64,000 nt of DNA from Octopus vulgaris (Eukaryota): contig OX597838.1 in the NCBI GenBank assembly GCA_951406725.2, positions 10,912,001 through 10,976,000 on the forward strand, written 5' to 3'. Shown here piece by piece: positions 51,576 through 64,000 of this stretch (positions within the stretch are counted from its first letter, which is position 1; every line of letters starts with the position of its first letter). Both the position numbers and the translations under genes were made by a program. The notes under the pieces were generated by a model. The model made no database searches and was not told the DNA's origin. It was given only the letters and a program-made list of their open reading frames with translations.

Positions 51576-52217
51576 CTACAATAATCGCAACTCATAAGAA
51601 GGCGTTTTGCCTTTTTTTAATTCTTTCAAATTTAGAATAATTTCTTTAGTTCTTTGGCAGTAAGGCGTCAGCGAAATCGCTAGATTTACAAGTTGTGCTT
51701 TCCTTTTATTTTGTGTGTCTGTCGGCGTTAATCGTGTGCAGCTTGTATGTGTGATGAGTGGAAAATAGGACATTTTAAAATTGTCTATGGTCATATCTTT
51801 GCTATCGTCATTGCTTTTAATTTCCTTGATAGTGTTGGTGTTTTTCATGTGCATTGTTGTTGTCGCTGTTGTGTCGGTGTTTGGCTTTAGTAGTAGTAGT
51901 AGTAGTGGTGGTGGAAAGGTGAGAAATCGGTGTCAAAACATCTGTTCTGATATCTGGTTTCATTCACCTCGTTGGCAATTTGCCGAAAATTTCGACGCCA
52001 TGTTTGGTTACTGTTTTTCTTCTTCTTCATAAATTGTGTAAATTTTTTAGAAAACCAAAAAACCTAAATTCTGCCAGGAAGAGCGAAATTTTAACAAAGC
52101 CAACTGGCCTCAGAGGACGCTATATGGCTTATTAACACGATGGCGCAGCAAAAACACAAATAACTTTCTTTAAATCAACAAAATTCAATAACACCTCACG
52201 AGCTCCTTGCAAGCACA

Positions 52218-52610
52218 GTGGAAGCACTCCGTCTGTTACGACGATGAGGGTTCCGGTTGATCCGAATCAACGGAACAGCCTGCTCGTGAAATTAACGTGT
52301 AAGTGGCTGAGCACTCCACAGACACGTGTACCCTTAACGTAGTTCTCGGGGATATTCAGCATGACACAGAGAGTGACAAGGCCGGCCCTTTGAAATACAG
52401 GTACAACAGAAACAGGAAGTAAGAGCGAGAGAGAAAGTTGTGGTGAAAGTTGTGGTACAGCAGGGATCACCACCATCCACTGCCGGAGCCTCGTGGAGCT
52501 TTTAGGTGTTTTTGCTCAATAAACACCCACAACGTCCGGTCTGGGAATCGAAACCGCGTACCTATGACCGCGAGTCCGCTGCCCTAACCACTGGGCCATT
52601 GCGCCTCCAC
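52218..52610 (-). mobile_element. SINE family C, full length with 13-bp TSD
   Basis: ccttgcaagcaca at 52205-52217 and 52611-52623. Confidence 0.92.
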
Positions 52611-52644
52611 CCTTGCAAGCACAATAACAACAGCAACAACAATA

Positions 52645-53029
52645 CATTTTCCTTTCTACTATAGCCACAAGGCCTGAAATTTTAGGAGAGGGGGCTAGTC
52701 GAAACTGGTACTTATCTCATCGACCCCGAATTAATGAAAAGCAAAGTCGACCTCGGTGGTATCTGAACTCAGAACGTGATGACAAATAAAATACCTATTT
52801 CTTTACTACCCACAAGGGGCTAAACACAGAGGGGACAAACAAGGACAGACATAGGTATTAAGTCGATTACATCGACCCCAGTGCGTAACTGGTACTTAAT
52901 TTATCGACCCTGAAAGGATGAAAGGCAAAGTCGACCTCGGCGGAATTTGAACTCACAACGTAACGGCAGACGAAATACCGCTAAGCATTTCGCCCGGCGT
53001 GCTAACAATTCTGCCAACTCGCCGCCTCC

Positions 53030-53062
<33 letters not shown>

Positions 53063-53445
53063 CCTTTCTATTACAGGTACAAGGCGCGAAATTTGCGGGG
53101 AGGGGGTAAGTAGATTACATCGACCCCAGTACGTAACTGGTACTTAATCGACCCCGAAAGGATGAAAGGCAAAGTCAATTTGAACTCAGAACGTAGCGAC
53201 GGGCGAAATACCTATTCCTTTACTACCCACAAGGGGCTAAACACAGAGAGGACAAACAAGGACAGACAAACGGATTAAGTCGATTATATCGACCCCAGTG
53301 CGTAACTGGTACTTATTTAATCGATCCCGAAAGAATGAAAGGCAAAGTCGACCTCGGCGGAATTTGAACTCAGAACGTAGCGGCAGACGAAATACCGCTA
53401 AGCATTTCGCCCGGCGTGCTAACGTTTCTGCCAGCTCGCCACCTT
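52645..53445 (-). mobile_element. Two SINE A dimers (young-tail unit upstream of old-tail unit)
   Basis: 52645-53028 and 53060-53445; junctions at aataggtattt. Confidence 0.88.
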
Positions 53446-53446
53446 A

Positions 53447-53481
<35 letters not shown>

Positions 53482-53483
<2 letters not shown>

Positions 53484-53659
53484 GGCGCAGGAGTGGCTGT
53501 GTGGTAAGAAGCTTGCTTCCCAACCACATGTTCAGGGTTCAGTTCCACTGTGTGGAATCTCAGGCAAGTGTCTTCTACTATAGCCTCGGTACGACCAAAG
53601 CCATGAGAGTGGATTTGGGAGACGGAAACTGAAAGAAGCCCGTCGTATGTAATAAGTGT

Positions 53660-53693
<34 letters not shown>

Positions 53694-53872
53694 CCACCAT
53701 CGCTTGACAACCGATGTTGGTGAGTTTACGTCCCCGTAAGCTAGCGGTTCGGCAAAAGAGAATAAGTACTAGGCTTACAAAGAATAAGTCCCAGGGTCGA
53801 TGCGTTCGGTTGTTAATAGGCGGTGCTCCAGCATGGCCTGCAGTCAGATGATTGAAACAAGTAAAAGAATAA
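53482..53872 (+). mobile_element. SINE family B
   Basis: Family match. Confidence 0.9.
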
Positions 53873-54169
53873 ATAACAATGAACCCGGATATCCGAAGAA
53901 CAAAGTAGTCGCAGAGAATTCATTGAAAATGAGATGTAATGAAAGGCGTTAATGAGATAATCAATTAAAAAAACACAACACAGTAAATAAAGTGTAGTGT
54001 TTTATTGGCAGGATGTATGTGTGTGTGTGTGTGTGTGTTTCTTAATGAATATTTATGTAGAAGACCAGAGTGTCTCAGAATTTGAAGTAGTTTATAGATC
54101 TTAAGTCTTTTTACCATGGAACACACCAACCATTGGTTGTCAAGCGATTTGGGGGGAAACAAACACAGA

Positions 54170-54711
54170 CATACAAACATATACACATACATACATTCAT
54201 AAAATACATACAAACATACACACATACATACATACATTCATGCATACATACATACATACAATCATACATACATACATGCATGCATGCATACATACATTCA
54301 TGCATACATACATACAATCATACATACATACATATATACATACAATCATACATACATACATTCATAAAATACATACATACATACATACATGCATACATAC
54401 ATACACACGCACATACATACATGCATACATACATACATACATACATGCATACATACATACACACGCACATACATGCATACATACATACATACATACAATC
54501 ATACATACATACATTCATAAAATACATACATACATACATACATGCATACATACATACATTCATACATACATACATACATACATACATACATACAATCATA
54601 CATACATACATTCATAAAATACATACATACATACATACAATCATACATACATACATTCATACAATCATACATACATACATACATACAATCATACATACAT
54701 ACATACATACA

Positions 54712-54742
<31 letters not shown>
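54170..54742. repeat. (CATA)n microsatellite
   Basis: Direct reading. Confidence 0.95.
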
Positions 54743-54743
<1 letters not shown>

Positions 54744-54759
54744 AACGTGGAGTAGATGA

Positions 54760-54995
54760 AACAAAGGCGACTAAAGAAGGGGAATTTTCCTTGTTTTGTC
54801 TGTCCTTTACTCTATTTTTTCGTTGTTTCAGAAAAATGTCCATTTCCTTGGTTTTGTGTTTATGTTTTCGTTTCTCATTGTGTTCGACGTTTTATTTTTT
54901 TTGGTGTCCTGTACCCATATATGCATGTATATATACATGAAGAGGTAGGTACGTACATAGATGTATGTATATATGCATATGTTTTATTTATTTAT

Positions 54996-55000
<5 letters not shown>
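54760..55000 (+). mobile_element. TA-anchored dispersed repeat (same family as 45750-45995)
   Basis: Sequence match; ends in (TA)n. Confidence 0.6.
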
Positions 55001-55034
<34 letters not shown>

Positions 55035-55112
55035 TCCCGGGTTGATTCGGGGTTAACCACAGTAAATAAGGTACTCAATACATAGCAGAGTAAAATTAAT
55101 TTATTATATAGA

Positions 55113-55215
55113 AGGAGCTTCTACAGGACTAGAACTGTTTCATTCAAGAGAAATCATCAGGAAGCTTCCTGATGATTTCTCTTGAATGAAACAGTTCTAG
55201 TCCTGTAGAAGCTCC

Positions 55216-55216
<1 letters not shown>
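55113..55216. repeat. Perfect 104-bp palindrome
   Basis: 52-bp arms are exact reverse complements; centre AAGCTT. Confidence 0.95.
55159..55216 (+). ncRNA. Type I hammerhead ribozyme motif (mirror copy on the minus strand, 55113-55170)
   Basis: agcttc-CTGATGA(55169)-t-ttc-tctt-gaa-t-GAAA-cag-ttctagtc-ct-GTA(55205-55207)-gaagct. Confidence 0.7.
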
Positions 55217-55248
<32 letters not shown>

Positions 55249-55256
<8 letters not shown>

Positions 55257-55432
55257 TACATTAAAAGGCTTCCAATAAAGAAGCAAGTGCTAGATACACA
55301 AAGAGGGGATAAATTCGTGATTAGCTGAGATGGTAAACGTTTTTGATTTTCTTTCCATTTCATGAATTTATCCCCTCTTTGTGTATCTAGCACTTGCTTC
55401 TTTATTGGAAGCCTTTTAATGTACTTATATAT
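55249..55432. repeat. Inverted repeat, ~70-bp arms and ~40-bp spacer, in (TA)n
   Basis: ataagtacattaaaagg...ggggataaattc / gaatttatcccc...ccttttaatgtacttat. Confidence 0.92.
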
Positions 55433-55547
55433 CAATAACGTATAGTCTAATTACTAATTCGTCTTTTGTGCTAGGTCACTGGTAATAATAATTTATTTTT
55501 ATTACCCTTTTTACTATGTTTTAAATATATATATATATATATATATA

Positions 55548-55705
55548 CTTTATTTTAAGCAGCAGAAAATTCAACAAAAACTGTTACTCTGAGTTTCTCG
55601 TTGCCGTTCATCAGACAGTTTTTTCTAGCAAAAACTGTCTGATGAACGGCAACGAGAAACTCAGAGTAACAGTTTTTGTTGAATTTTCTGCTGCTTAAAA
55701 TAAAG
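55548..55705. repeat. 158-bp palindrome with one mismatched pair
   Basis: Centre CTAG at 55625-55628. Confidence 0.95.
55630..55677 (+). ncRNA. Minimal type I hammerhead ribozyme motif (mirror copy on the minus strand, 55576-55623)
   Basis: aaaaactgt-CTGATGA-a-cg-GCAA-cg-a-GAAAC-tc-a-ga-GTA-acagttttt; 9-bp stem I, GNRA loop II, palindromic stem III. Confidence 0.75.
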
Positions 55706-55774
55706 CATATTACTCTACCACTGGTATTTGAGTACTCTTTTTTCCACCTTGTTTCACATTTATGTGTTTACTCC

Positions 55775-55829
<55 letters not shown>

Positions 55830-55834
<5 letters not shown>

Positions 55835-56272
55835 TTCGACGGGCTTCCTTCAGTTTCCGTCTACCAAATCCACTCACAAGGCTTTGGTCGGCCCGAAGCT
55901 ATAGTAGAAGACACTAGCCCAAGATGCCACGCAGTGGGACTGAACCCGGAACCATGTAGTTAGTAAGCAAGCTACTTACCACACAGCCACTCCCCCGCCT
56001 GTTTAAGTGGGGTAATAAATATTGCCTCTTGGTAATTAATACTGGCTCAGCCGCTAATATATATATTTCTTCACTAATGTATGCCAAGTGAGACATATAG
56101 GCACAGGAGTGGCTGTGTGGTAAGTAGCTTGCTAACAAACCACATGGTTCCGGGTTCAGTCCCACTGCGTGGCATCTTGGGCAAGTGTCTTCAGCTATAG
56201 CCCCGGGCCAACCAATGCCTTGTGAGTGGATTTGGTAGACGGAAACTGAAAGAAGCCTGTCGTATATATGTG

Positions 56273-56335
<63 letters not shown>

Positions 56336-56536
56336 CTGTGTTTGTCCCCCTAGCATTGCTTGACAACCGATGCTGGTGTGTTTACGTCCCCGTCATCTAG
56401 CGGTTCGGCAAAAGAGACCGATAGAATAAGTACTGGGCTTACAAAGAATAAGTCCCGGGTTCGATTTGGTCGACTAAAGGCGGTGCTCCAGCATGGCCGC
56501 AGTCAAATGACTGAAACAAATAAAAGAGTAAAAGAA
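55830..56536. mobile_element. Head-to-head SINE B pair (55830-55998 minus, 56098-56536 plus)
   Basis: Family match in opposite orientations about 100 bp apart. Confidence 0.88.
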
Positions 56537-56899
56537 TATTTGAAGTGAAAAATATCCATCGTCAGCAGCAGTAGAAAGACAGCAGAAACGGGAATGTGTC
56601 ACATTCATGCCGTTCCGAGGGGCGGCAGTGGGGGGGGGGGCGTGGTGGTTGTGGTATCAGAGACGACGGTGAAAGACACTAATACATTATCAATCAAAGC
56701 CAGGTTGTATGGACGATATGATATATAAAAAGGGTCGTTGATCTTTGTACAGATTTTGCTGATGCCTTTGTTCTGTCGGTTAACTTGGAGACATTGCAGA
56801 AACCATTCCATTAGACTCATTAATAAGAATTGTTAGCATGCTGACACGCGTGATTGCGTGGGCTGTTTAGCTTTCGATGTATGCACATTATAAGCGCGC

Positions 56900-57259
56900 G
56901 CGCATATATATATATATACACACATACATATATACATACATATATATATATATATATATACATAAATATATATATACATACATATATATATATGCATACA
57001 TATACATATATATACATACATATATATATATATATATACACATAAATAAATACATATATATATATATATATATACATAAATAAATACATACATACATACA
57101 TATATATATATATATACATATATACATACATAAATACATACATAAATAAATATATATATATATATATACATACATAAATACATACATAAATAAATATATA
57201 TATACATACATAAATACATGCATAAATAAATATATATATATATATATATACATACATAA

Positions 57260-57300
<41 letters not shown>

Positions 57301-57420
57301 CATAAATACATACATATGTATATACATATACATAAATATATACATAAATATATACATATATATATATACATACATAAATATATACATACATATATATATT
57401 ATATATATATATACATGCGC
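56900..57420. repeat. (TA)/(CATA) compound microsatellite
   Basis: Direct reading. Confidence 0.95.
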
Positions 57421-57689
57421 ACACGTATTTATATATATATATATGTATGTATGTATGTATACGTGTGAGCATGTACATATACACCCCCACATATTTGCGC
57501 ATATAAATATGTAATTCACATGCAAATAATGTCACACCCACTAACTATTTGGTCGTTGTGCACCGTCATTCATTATCTGGTTGAGATGAACTTAGATCGC
57601 ATAGCATGGGTTGGGTTCGTATACATCTATCAACCATACACACACATACATACATATGTGTGTGTGTAAGCATTTATTACGATTATTGA

Positions 57690-58060
57690 CGCGGTGAGCT
57701 GGCAGAATCGTTAGCACGCCGGGCGAAATGCGTGGCCGTATTTCGTCTGCCGCTACGTTCTGAGTTCAAATTCCGCCGAGGTCGACTTTGCCTTTCATCC
57801 TTTCGGGGTCGATAAATTAAGTACCAGTTACGCACTGGGGTCGATGTAATCGACTTAATCCGTTTGTCTGTCCTTGTTTGTCCTCTCTGTGTTTAGCTCC
57901 TTGTGGGTAGTAAAGAAATAGGTATTTCGCCTGCCGCTACGTTCTGAGTTCAAATTCCGCCGAGGTCGATTTTGCCTTTCGTCCTTTCGGGGTCGATAAA
58001 TTAAGTACCAGTGAAAACACCGGGATCGATGTAATCAACTGGTCCCGTCCCACCAAATTT
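57690..58060 (+). mobile_element. SINE A dimer (young-tail unit then old-tail unit)
   Basis: Junction aaagaaata|ggtatttcg at about 57920. Confidence 0.9.
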
Positions 58061-58342
58061 CACTGTGAGATTAGGTGGTCTATAGTTTCAATCTCATCGT
58101 TACAGAATCGGCATCTTGGGGTCAGCTCCATTTTTTTATCTCATTGGCTTGGTAGTTCCGGGTTAATAAGCTTTGGTCTTGAGCAGCTTATATGAAACCT
58201 TCACTCTCTGCTTTTAGCCCTGAGCTTCGTAACCATTGGTGCGTGTGTTTCTGGTCGACATCAGCTTGTTTGCTACGGGCCACATACTTGCCATACAGAG
58301 GTTTCTATTCCCATCTGCTAGCTAATTTTTCATTGTCTTTGC
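58061..58342 (-). pseudogene. R4/Dong-clade (RLE) non-LTR retrotransposon fragment with CCHC zinc knuckle
   Basis: KPLYGKY..THQWLRSSGLKAESEGFI*AAQDQSLLTRNYQAN..PRCRFCNDEIETIDHLISQ. Confidence 0.85.
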
Positions 58343-59194
58343 AATTAATTTTATTATTATTATTATTATTATTTTAAAAAGTCATTTACTTGTTTCAGTC
58401 ATTTGACTGTGGCCATGCTGGAGCACTGCCTTCAGTCGAATAAATCGACCCCAGGATTTGTAAGCCTAATACTTACTCTATTGGTCTCTTTTGCCGAACT
58501 ACTAAGTTATGATGTTGGTGTGTTAACTGAGAAAATCTTCGGCAATCATCAGAAAAGGCTGAAAGGAATGGTATATAAAAGGTCTTTGCCAGTAATGGTC
58601 TTGAACTCAGTTCCATCGTGCAGTATCTTGGGCAAGTATCTCTTACTATAAGCCGCGGGCCGCCCAAAGCTTTTTGAGTGGATTTGGTAGACGGAAACTG
58701 AAAGCAGCCAGTTCTGTCAATGGCTGTATGTGTGTGTCAGCCAAAGTCCATCGGAAGGAGAGCAGTTTTCCTCTGACTTCCTGGCTCTAGCGAAAGCAAA
58801 GTCTGACTGAGCGCGGGTCTCTTTTGTCGAGCACTCCACCGACTCCGAGTTCCACGCGAAGAGGAAAGTGAAGAATAAATTTACTGAGAGTAAAGTGAGA
58901 GTTGCAAAAACGCCAAAGACGGATGGACTTCTCTTTAAACATATAGGTCCAAAAGAACAATTGATGGAGAATGTTCTTATTGATGATCGGGTGTGATGCT
59001 TTTAACCTATTTTAGTAAAAAAAAAAAAAAAATTTCTCAACCAAAGCCGCATGTTGTGCAATGAACATGTTTCAAGAATTAGCTTGTGTATATAAGTATA
59101 TTTATAAACATATGAGAATGTCCTCTCTCTCTCACACACACACAATCTATGCATATATGTATATATATATATATTCGTGTATATAAATATATAT

Positions 59195-59337
59195 AGAGGC
59201 CTGACTGTGTGGTAAGAAACTTGTTTCCCAACCACAAGGTTCCAGGTTCAGTCCCACTGTGTGACACCTTGCGCAAGTGCCTTCTACTATAGCTTCGGAT
59301 GTGAGAGGATTTGGTAGATGGAAACTGAAAGAAACCT

Positions 59338-59404
<67 letters not shown>

Positions 59405-59585
59405 CCCAACTACCACTTGACAACCTGTGTTGGTATGTTTACATCTCCGTGACTTAGCAGTTCGGCAAAACAGATACAATAAGTACTAGTCTTTAAAAAA
59501 ATAAGTCCTGGGGATCGATTTGTTCAACTAAAACCCTTCAGGGCGGTGCCCCAGTATGGCTGCAGTCGAAAGACTGAAACAAGAT
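59195..59585 (+). mobile_element. SINE family B, degenerate
   Basis: Family match; further pieces at 58385-58510 and 58600-58740. Confidence 0.8.
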
Positions 59586-59590
59586 ACACA

Positions 59591-59642
<52 letters not shown>

Positions 59643-59929
59643 TATGTAAGCAGCAGCCTTTATATATTTGGTAAATAAAGAATTCGGTAGGTAATAGCAA
59701 TTCCAGTGTTTCACCGAATCTGGCTTTTCGGCCACAGCTAATTAGAATTAACCTCGATTAGACGAATCAACAAATGCTAGGCGCGAGTGTGTGTACACTT
59801 ACCTTCTATAAAGAAGATTAGAAGTGAAGCGAACAGCAAGAACACAATCGAATCGGTAAAAATAAAGTACCAGTCAAGGACTGAGGGAGTCGGTTTTGGC
59901 TTTACAATCCGTCTTAGATGTGAATGGAA

Positions 59930-60168
59930 GGAAGGATGGATGGATGGGCAGACAGATTGATAGAGAGATAGACAAATATATATAGGGATGGATGGATGGA
60001 GATAGGTAGATAGACAAATAGATAGATGGATGGATGGATGGATGGATGGATGGATGGATAGATAGATAGATAGATAGATAGATAGAGAGAGGTAGGTTGA
60101 TAGATAGAAAGATGGATAGATAGACAGACGGACGGACAGATAGATAGATAGATAAATAGATAGATAGT

Positions 60169-60204
<36 letters not shown>

Positions 60205-60490
60205 TAGATGGATAGACAGACAGACGGGCAGACAGATAGACAGACAGATAGACAGATAGATGGATAGACAGACAGACGGACGGATGGATGGATAAATAGA
60301 TAGACAGATAGATAGATAGATAGATAGACAGACAGACGGACAGACAGATAGATGGATAGACAGACAGACAGACAGATAGATGGATAGACAGACAGACAGA
60401 CAGACAGACAGATAGATAGACAGACAGACAGACAGATAGATAGATAGATAGACAGACAGATAGATAGATAGACAGATAGATAGACAGATA
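59930..60490. repeat. (GATA/GACA/GGAT)n microsatellite
   Basis: Direct reading. Confidence 0.95.
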
Positions 60491-61075
60491 CAGTTACATT
60501 TATGAGATAACCCCTAAGGTTTATACGAACATATACTATATAAGTTTTACATTAATATAACAATGATTATTATTATTATTATTATTATCATATGAATATA
60601 TAATGATTAATAATTATTAAACACACTCGAATCGAGCGCATCATTATAAAAAAAAAAAAAAAAATTCAATAAAGGTCGATTGTTGTTGAATTGCTTATCT
60701 GCCAGCTTGTAACGGTGTTGACATCTGCCACACACACAGTACAAGGAGATGAATGAACAAGTGTTAGAATGAACGTTTGGCTTTATTCATGTAATGCGTT
60801 TTCACACAGGGCCTCCCTCCCCCACCATCACCCTTTAGCTGCCTTACTCTCTCTCTATCTCTCTCCCTCTCCCTCTCTCGCATCATTTACTCTCTCTCTC
60901 TCTCTCTCTCTTTCGTAGTGACAGTTCTTCTTACTACCTTGTCGTGTCTACATTTTCATTACTATGGATGTATTTTTCATTCATTTTTACCTGCTTTTTA
61001 CGCTTCGAACCTTTTTTCTATCTCACCTCGTTTCGTGTTGCCGCCTGTTTCAATTCGTTTGAACTGCATGCTTGC

Positions 61076-61177
<102 letters not shown>

Positions 61178-61580
61178 ATATAAATGTATGAAAGAGAATT
61201 TCTGAGATGTGTGTATCTCCGTAGCTATAGAGCTTTGCTCCTGGTGCGAGAGAAAAAAAAAGTGAATAGATATATAAGCTCTATCTCTCATCCTTTCTTT
61301 CTTCTCTCTCTCTCTCACACACACACATACATACAGGAAGAGAGATATACTGTGTAGAGAAAGTGTCGTAAAACCTAGCAAAGTTAGAGATAACAGCAAC
61401 AAGTGTGTGTGTGTGTGTGAATCGATGTTTTTGTATCACACTTTATTCCGAATTTATTCCCAGTAATTCAGTTTTCAAAATACAATTCATTTTTATTTCG
61501 GCCTCAACGTCGTAACGCACGACAATGCAACGAATAAAACGTTTATGGTCGAGAGAACCAGACAAAGGCCAAACTCTTTA

Positions 61581-62125
61581 TAGTAGTAGTAGTAACAGTA
61601 GTCGTAGTAGTAGTAACAGTAGTAGTAGTAGTAACAGTAGTAGTAGTAGTAGTAGTAGTAACAGTAGTAGTAGTAACAGTAGTAGTAGTAGTAGTAGTAA
61701 CAGTAGTAGTAGTAGTAACAGTAGTAGTAGTAGTAACAGTAGTAGTAGTAGTAACAGTAGTAGTAGAAGTAGTAACAGTAGTAGTAGTAGTAGTAACAGT
61801 AGTAGTAGTAACAGTAGTAGTAGTAGTAACAGTAGTAGAAGTAGTAACAGTAGTAGTAGTAGTAACAGTAGTCGTAGTAGTAGTAGTAACAGTAGTAGTA
61901 GTAGTAACAGTAGTAGTAGTAGTAGTAGTAACAGTAGTAGTAGTAACAGTAGTAGTAGTAGTAACAGTAGTCGTAGTAGTAGTAACAGTAGTAGTAGTAG
62001 TAACAGTAGTAGTAGTAGTAGTAGTAACAGTAGTAGTAGTAACAGTAGTAGTAGTAGTAACAGCAGTAGTAGTAGTAGTAACAGTAGTAGTAGTAGTAAC
62101 AGTAGTAGTAGTAGTAGTAGTAGTA
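61581..62125. repeat. (AGT)n array punctuated by AAC
   Basis: Direct reading. Confidence 0.95.
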
Positions 62126-62386
62126 ATCGTCCTTTCTAATACAGGCACAAGGCCTGGAATTTGGGGGGAGAGGGATAGTTGATTAGATCGACCCCCGGGG
62201 ATCTTTTCGGTTTGAACGGCAGGATAGGACAGCACAGCCACAGCAGGAGATGTATTAGGACATGAAATGTAAAAGCCGGACTAGATTATTTTATGCGCAA
62301 CTCCATTGTCTCCCGAGACAAAAAAGGATGCCAACAACAAGTTTCAATGGACGCAATACAAGTGGAAACTACAGGAACATAATTAA

Positions 62387-62794
62387 TTGTTTCTTTATTG
62401 CCCACAAGGGGGGTAAACATAGAGGGGACAAACAAGGACAGACAAATGGATTAAGTCGATTACATCGACCCCAGTGCATAACTGGTACTTAATTTATCGA
62501 CCCCGAAAGGATGAAAGGCAAAGTCGACCTCGGTGGAATTTGAACTCAGAACGTAAAGATAGACGAAATACCTATTTCTTTACTACCCACAAGGGGCTAA
62601 ACATAGAGGGGACAAACAAGGACAGACAAACGAATTAAGTCGATTACATCGACCCCAGTGCGTAACTGGTACTTAATTTAATGAACCCGAAAGGATGAAA
62701 GGCAAAGTCGACCTTGGCGGAATTTGAACTCAGAACGTAACGGCAGCCGAATTACGGCTACGCATTTCGCCCGGCGTGCTAACGGTTCTGCCAC
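62387..62794 (-). mobile_element. SINE A dimer
   Basis: Two young-tail units with a single head. Confidence 0.9.
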
Positions 62795-62974
62795 AACCAC
62801 ATTCAAAAATCAAGGATATTAGATAATCAAATAATAACTATGCTCATCAGAGTTGACCGATTAAACTTTTACAGGGAAAAGGTTTACAGTGACTGCGAAG
62901 TTTCTGCTTATTTGCCTTCACTAATCTTCAAAGTTACTATTAACCATTTACATTAATAAATATGGATCATAGAG

Positions 62975-63378
62975 TGACCCACTGTTCTTGAGGAGACCTG
63001 TTGAGTCAAGTACGTCAACATCAAAATAAAAATTCAAATGGAAATTGTAGTTAAGACACCCGTGCCGGTGACACGTAAAAAGCACCGTCCGAATGTGGCA
63101 GATACTAGCGCTGCCTGACTGGTGTCCGTGTTGGTGACATGTAAAAAGCACCAACCGATCGTGGCCGTTTGCCAGCCTCCTCTGGCCCCTGTGCCAGTGG
63201 CTCGTAAAAAAACACCCACTACACTCATGGAGTGGTTGGTGTTAGGAAGGGCATCCAGTTGTAGAAACACTGCCAAATCAGACTAGAGCCTGGTGCAGCC
63301 TCCTGGCTTCCCAGACCCCGGTCGAACCGTCCAACCCATGCTAGCATGGAAAACGGACGTTAAATGATGATGATGATG
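62975..63378 (+). mobile_element. RTE-type 3' tail element ending in (TGA)n
   Basis: Three gtgcc.gtg.cacgtaaaaagcacc-like subrepeats, then ccaacccatgctagcatggaaaacggacgttaaatgatgatg. Confidence 0.8.
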
Positions 63379-64000
63379 TGCTGTATTCAAAGTACTTAGT
63401 AAATCCTTTAGTTTAATGCTAAATTGTATTTATATATAACCTGGTATAAGAACAAACATTAATACACACACACAAGATTTCTCTTGTCTTAGTTCTTCAG
63501 AACTGCTTAACAACTGATAGTTGTTTCTGTAAGAAAGCTGCCACCCATCACCTACTCTTACTTCTGTTCATCTCTGTTATTGTCCATTACTCTCCTCCTG
63601 TCTTTACTACAATAATACCATTGCTACCAGTTTCAGTCATTCAATGCGACCATGCTGGGGCACCAAGGCAGTGTCCCGGTATATAATCTGCAGAAAGTTG
63701 TAACTTTTTTGTCAGTTAAAGATTAGATATAAATTCGGTGCAGGTGGAAAAGCGAAGATCAATATTTTTGGAAATTGCAAAAACAGCCAAAGACAAATAT
63801 CATAAATATTATTACATTTCATCGTGTTTGGTTAATAACACATGCTATATCGCTATAAATATTATCACATTTTGTCGTGTCTAATCATATAAACATAAAG
63901 CCAAGCCTCTCAATGGTTGGCTGTGCAGCTAGAAATATCAGCTAAATCTCCTCTCAAAGGCGACACACTGGATATTGTAATCCTAGATATGTTTGTTTGA

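Noticed and set aside
54133-57541. HTYI/YIYI-type ORFs of up to 230 aa
   Set aside because: (CATA)n and (TA)n artefacts.
61525-62241. 204-aa Ser-rich and 232-aa Thr-rich mucin-like ORFs
   Set aside because: Stop-free frames of an (AGT/AAC) microsatellite; no splice or homology support.

Overview
AT-rich, repeat-saturated eukaryotic DNA. The SINE families, RTE/Tx1 LINEs and extreme microsatellite load look like a cephalopod, probably an octopus; this is inferred from repeat content and not verified. No intact host protein-coding gene is visible, and nearly all ORFs in the track are microsatellite or SINE artefacts. Recognisable content: four tRNA-headed SINE families (my labels A-D); decayed RTE, CR1, Tx1, R4/Dong and Penelope retroelements; a full-length dead mariner (DD34D); a DD37D maT remnant; and piggyBac-, hAT-, mariner- and Merlin-like MITEs. 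Three signals stand out. (1) Small fold-back elements embedded in (TA)n carry type I hammerhead ribozyme motifs, including two (near-)perfect palindromes at 55113-55216 and 55548-55705 that encode a complete hammerhead on both strands. (2) A SINE with a Tx1-like tail has target-site duplications starting with (G)GTAY and appears to build head-less tandem arrays by inserting into its own head. (3) A CpG-depletion boundary near 13.2 kb suggests a methylated gene body next to a CpG-rich promoter-like region. All coordinates were read by eye, so edges of degenerate elements are approximate.
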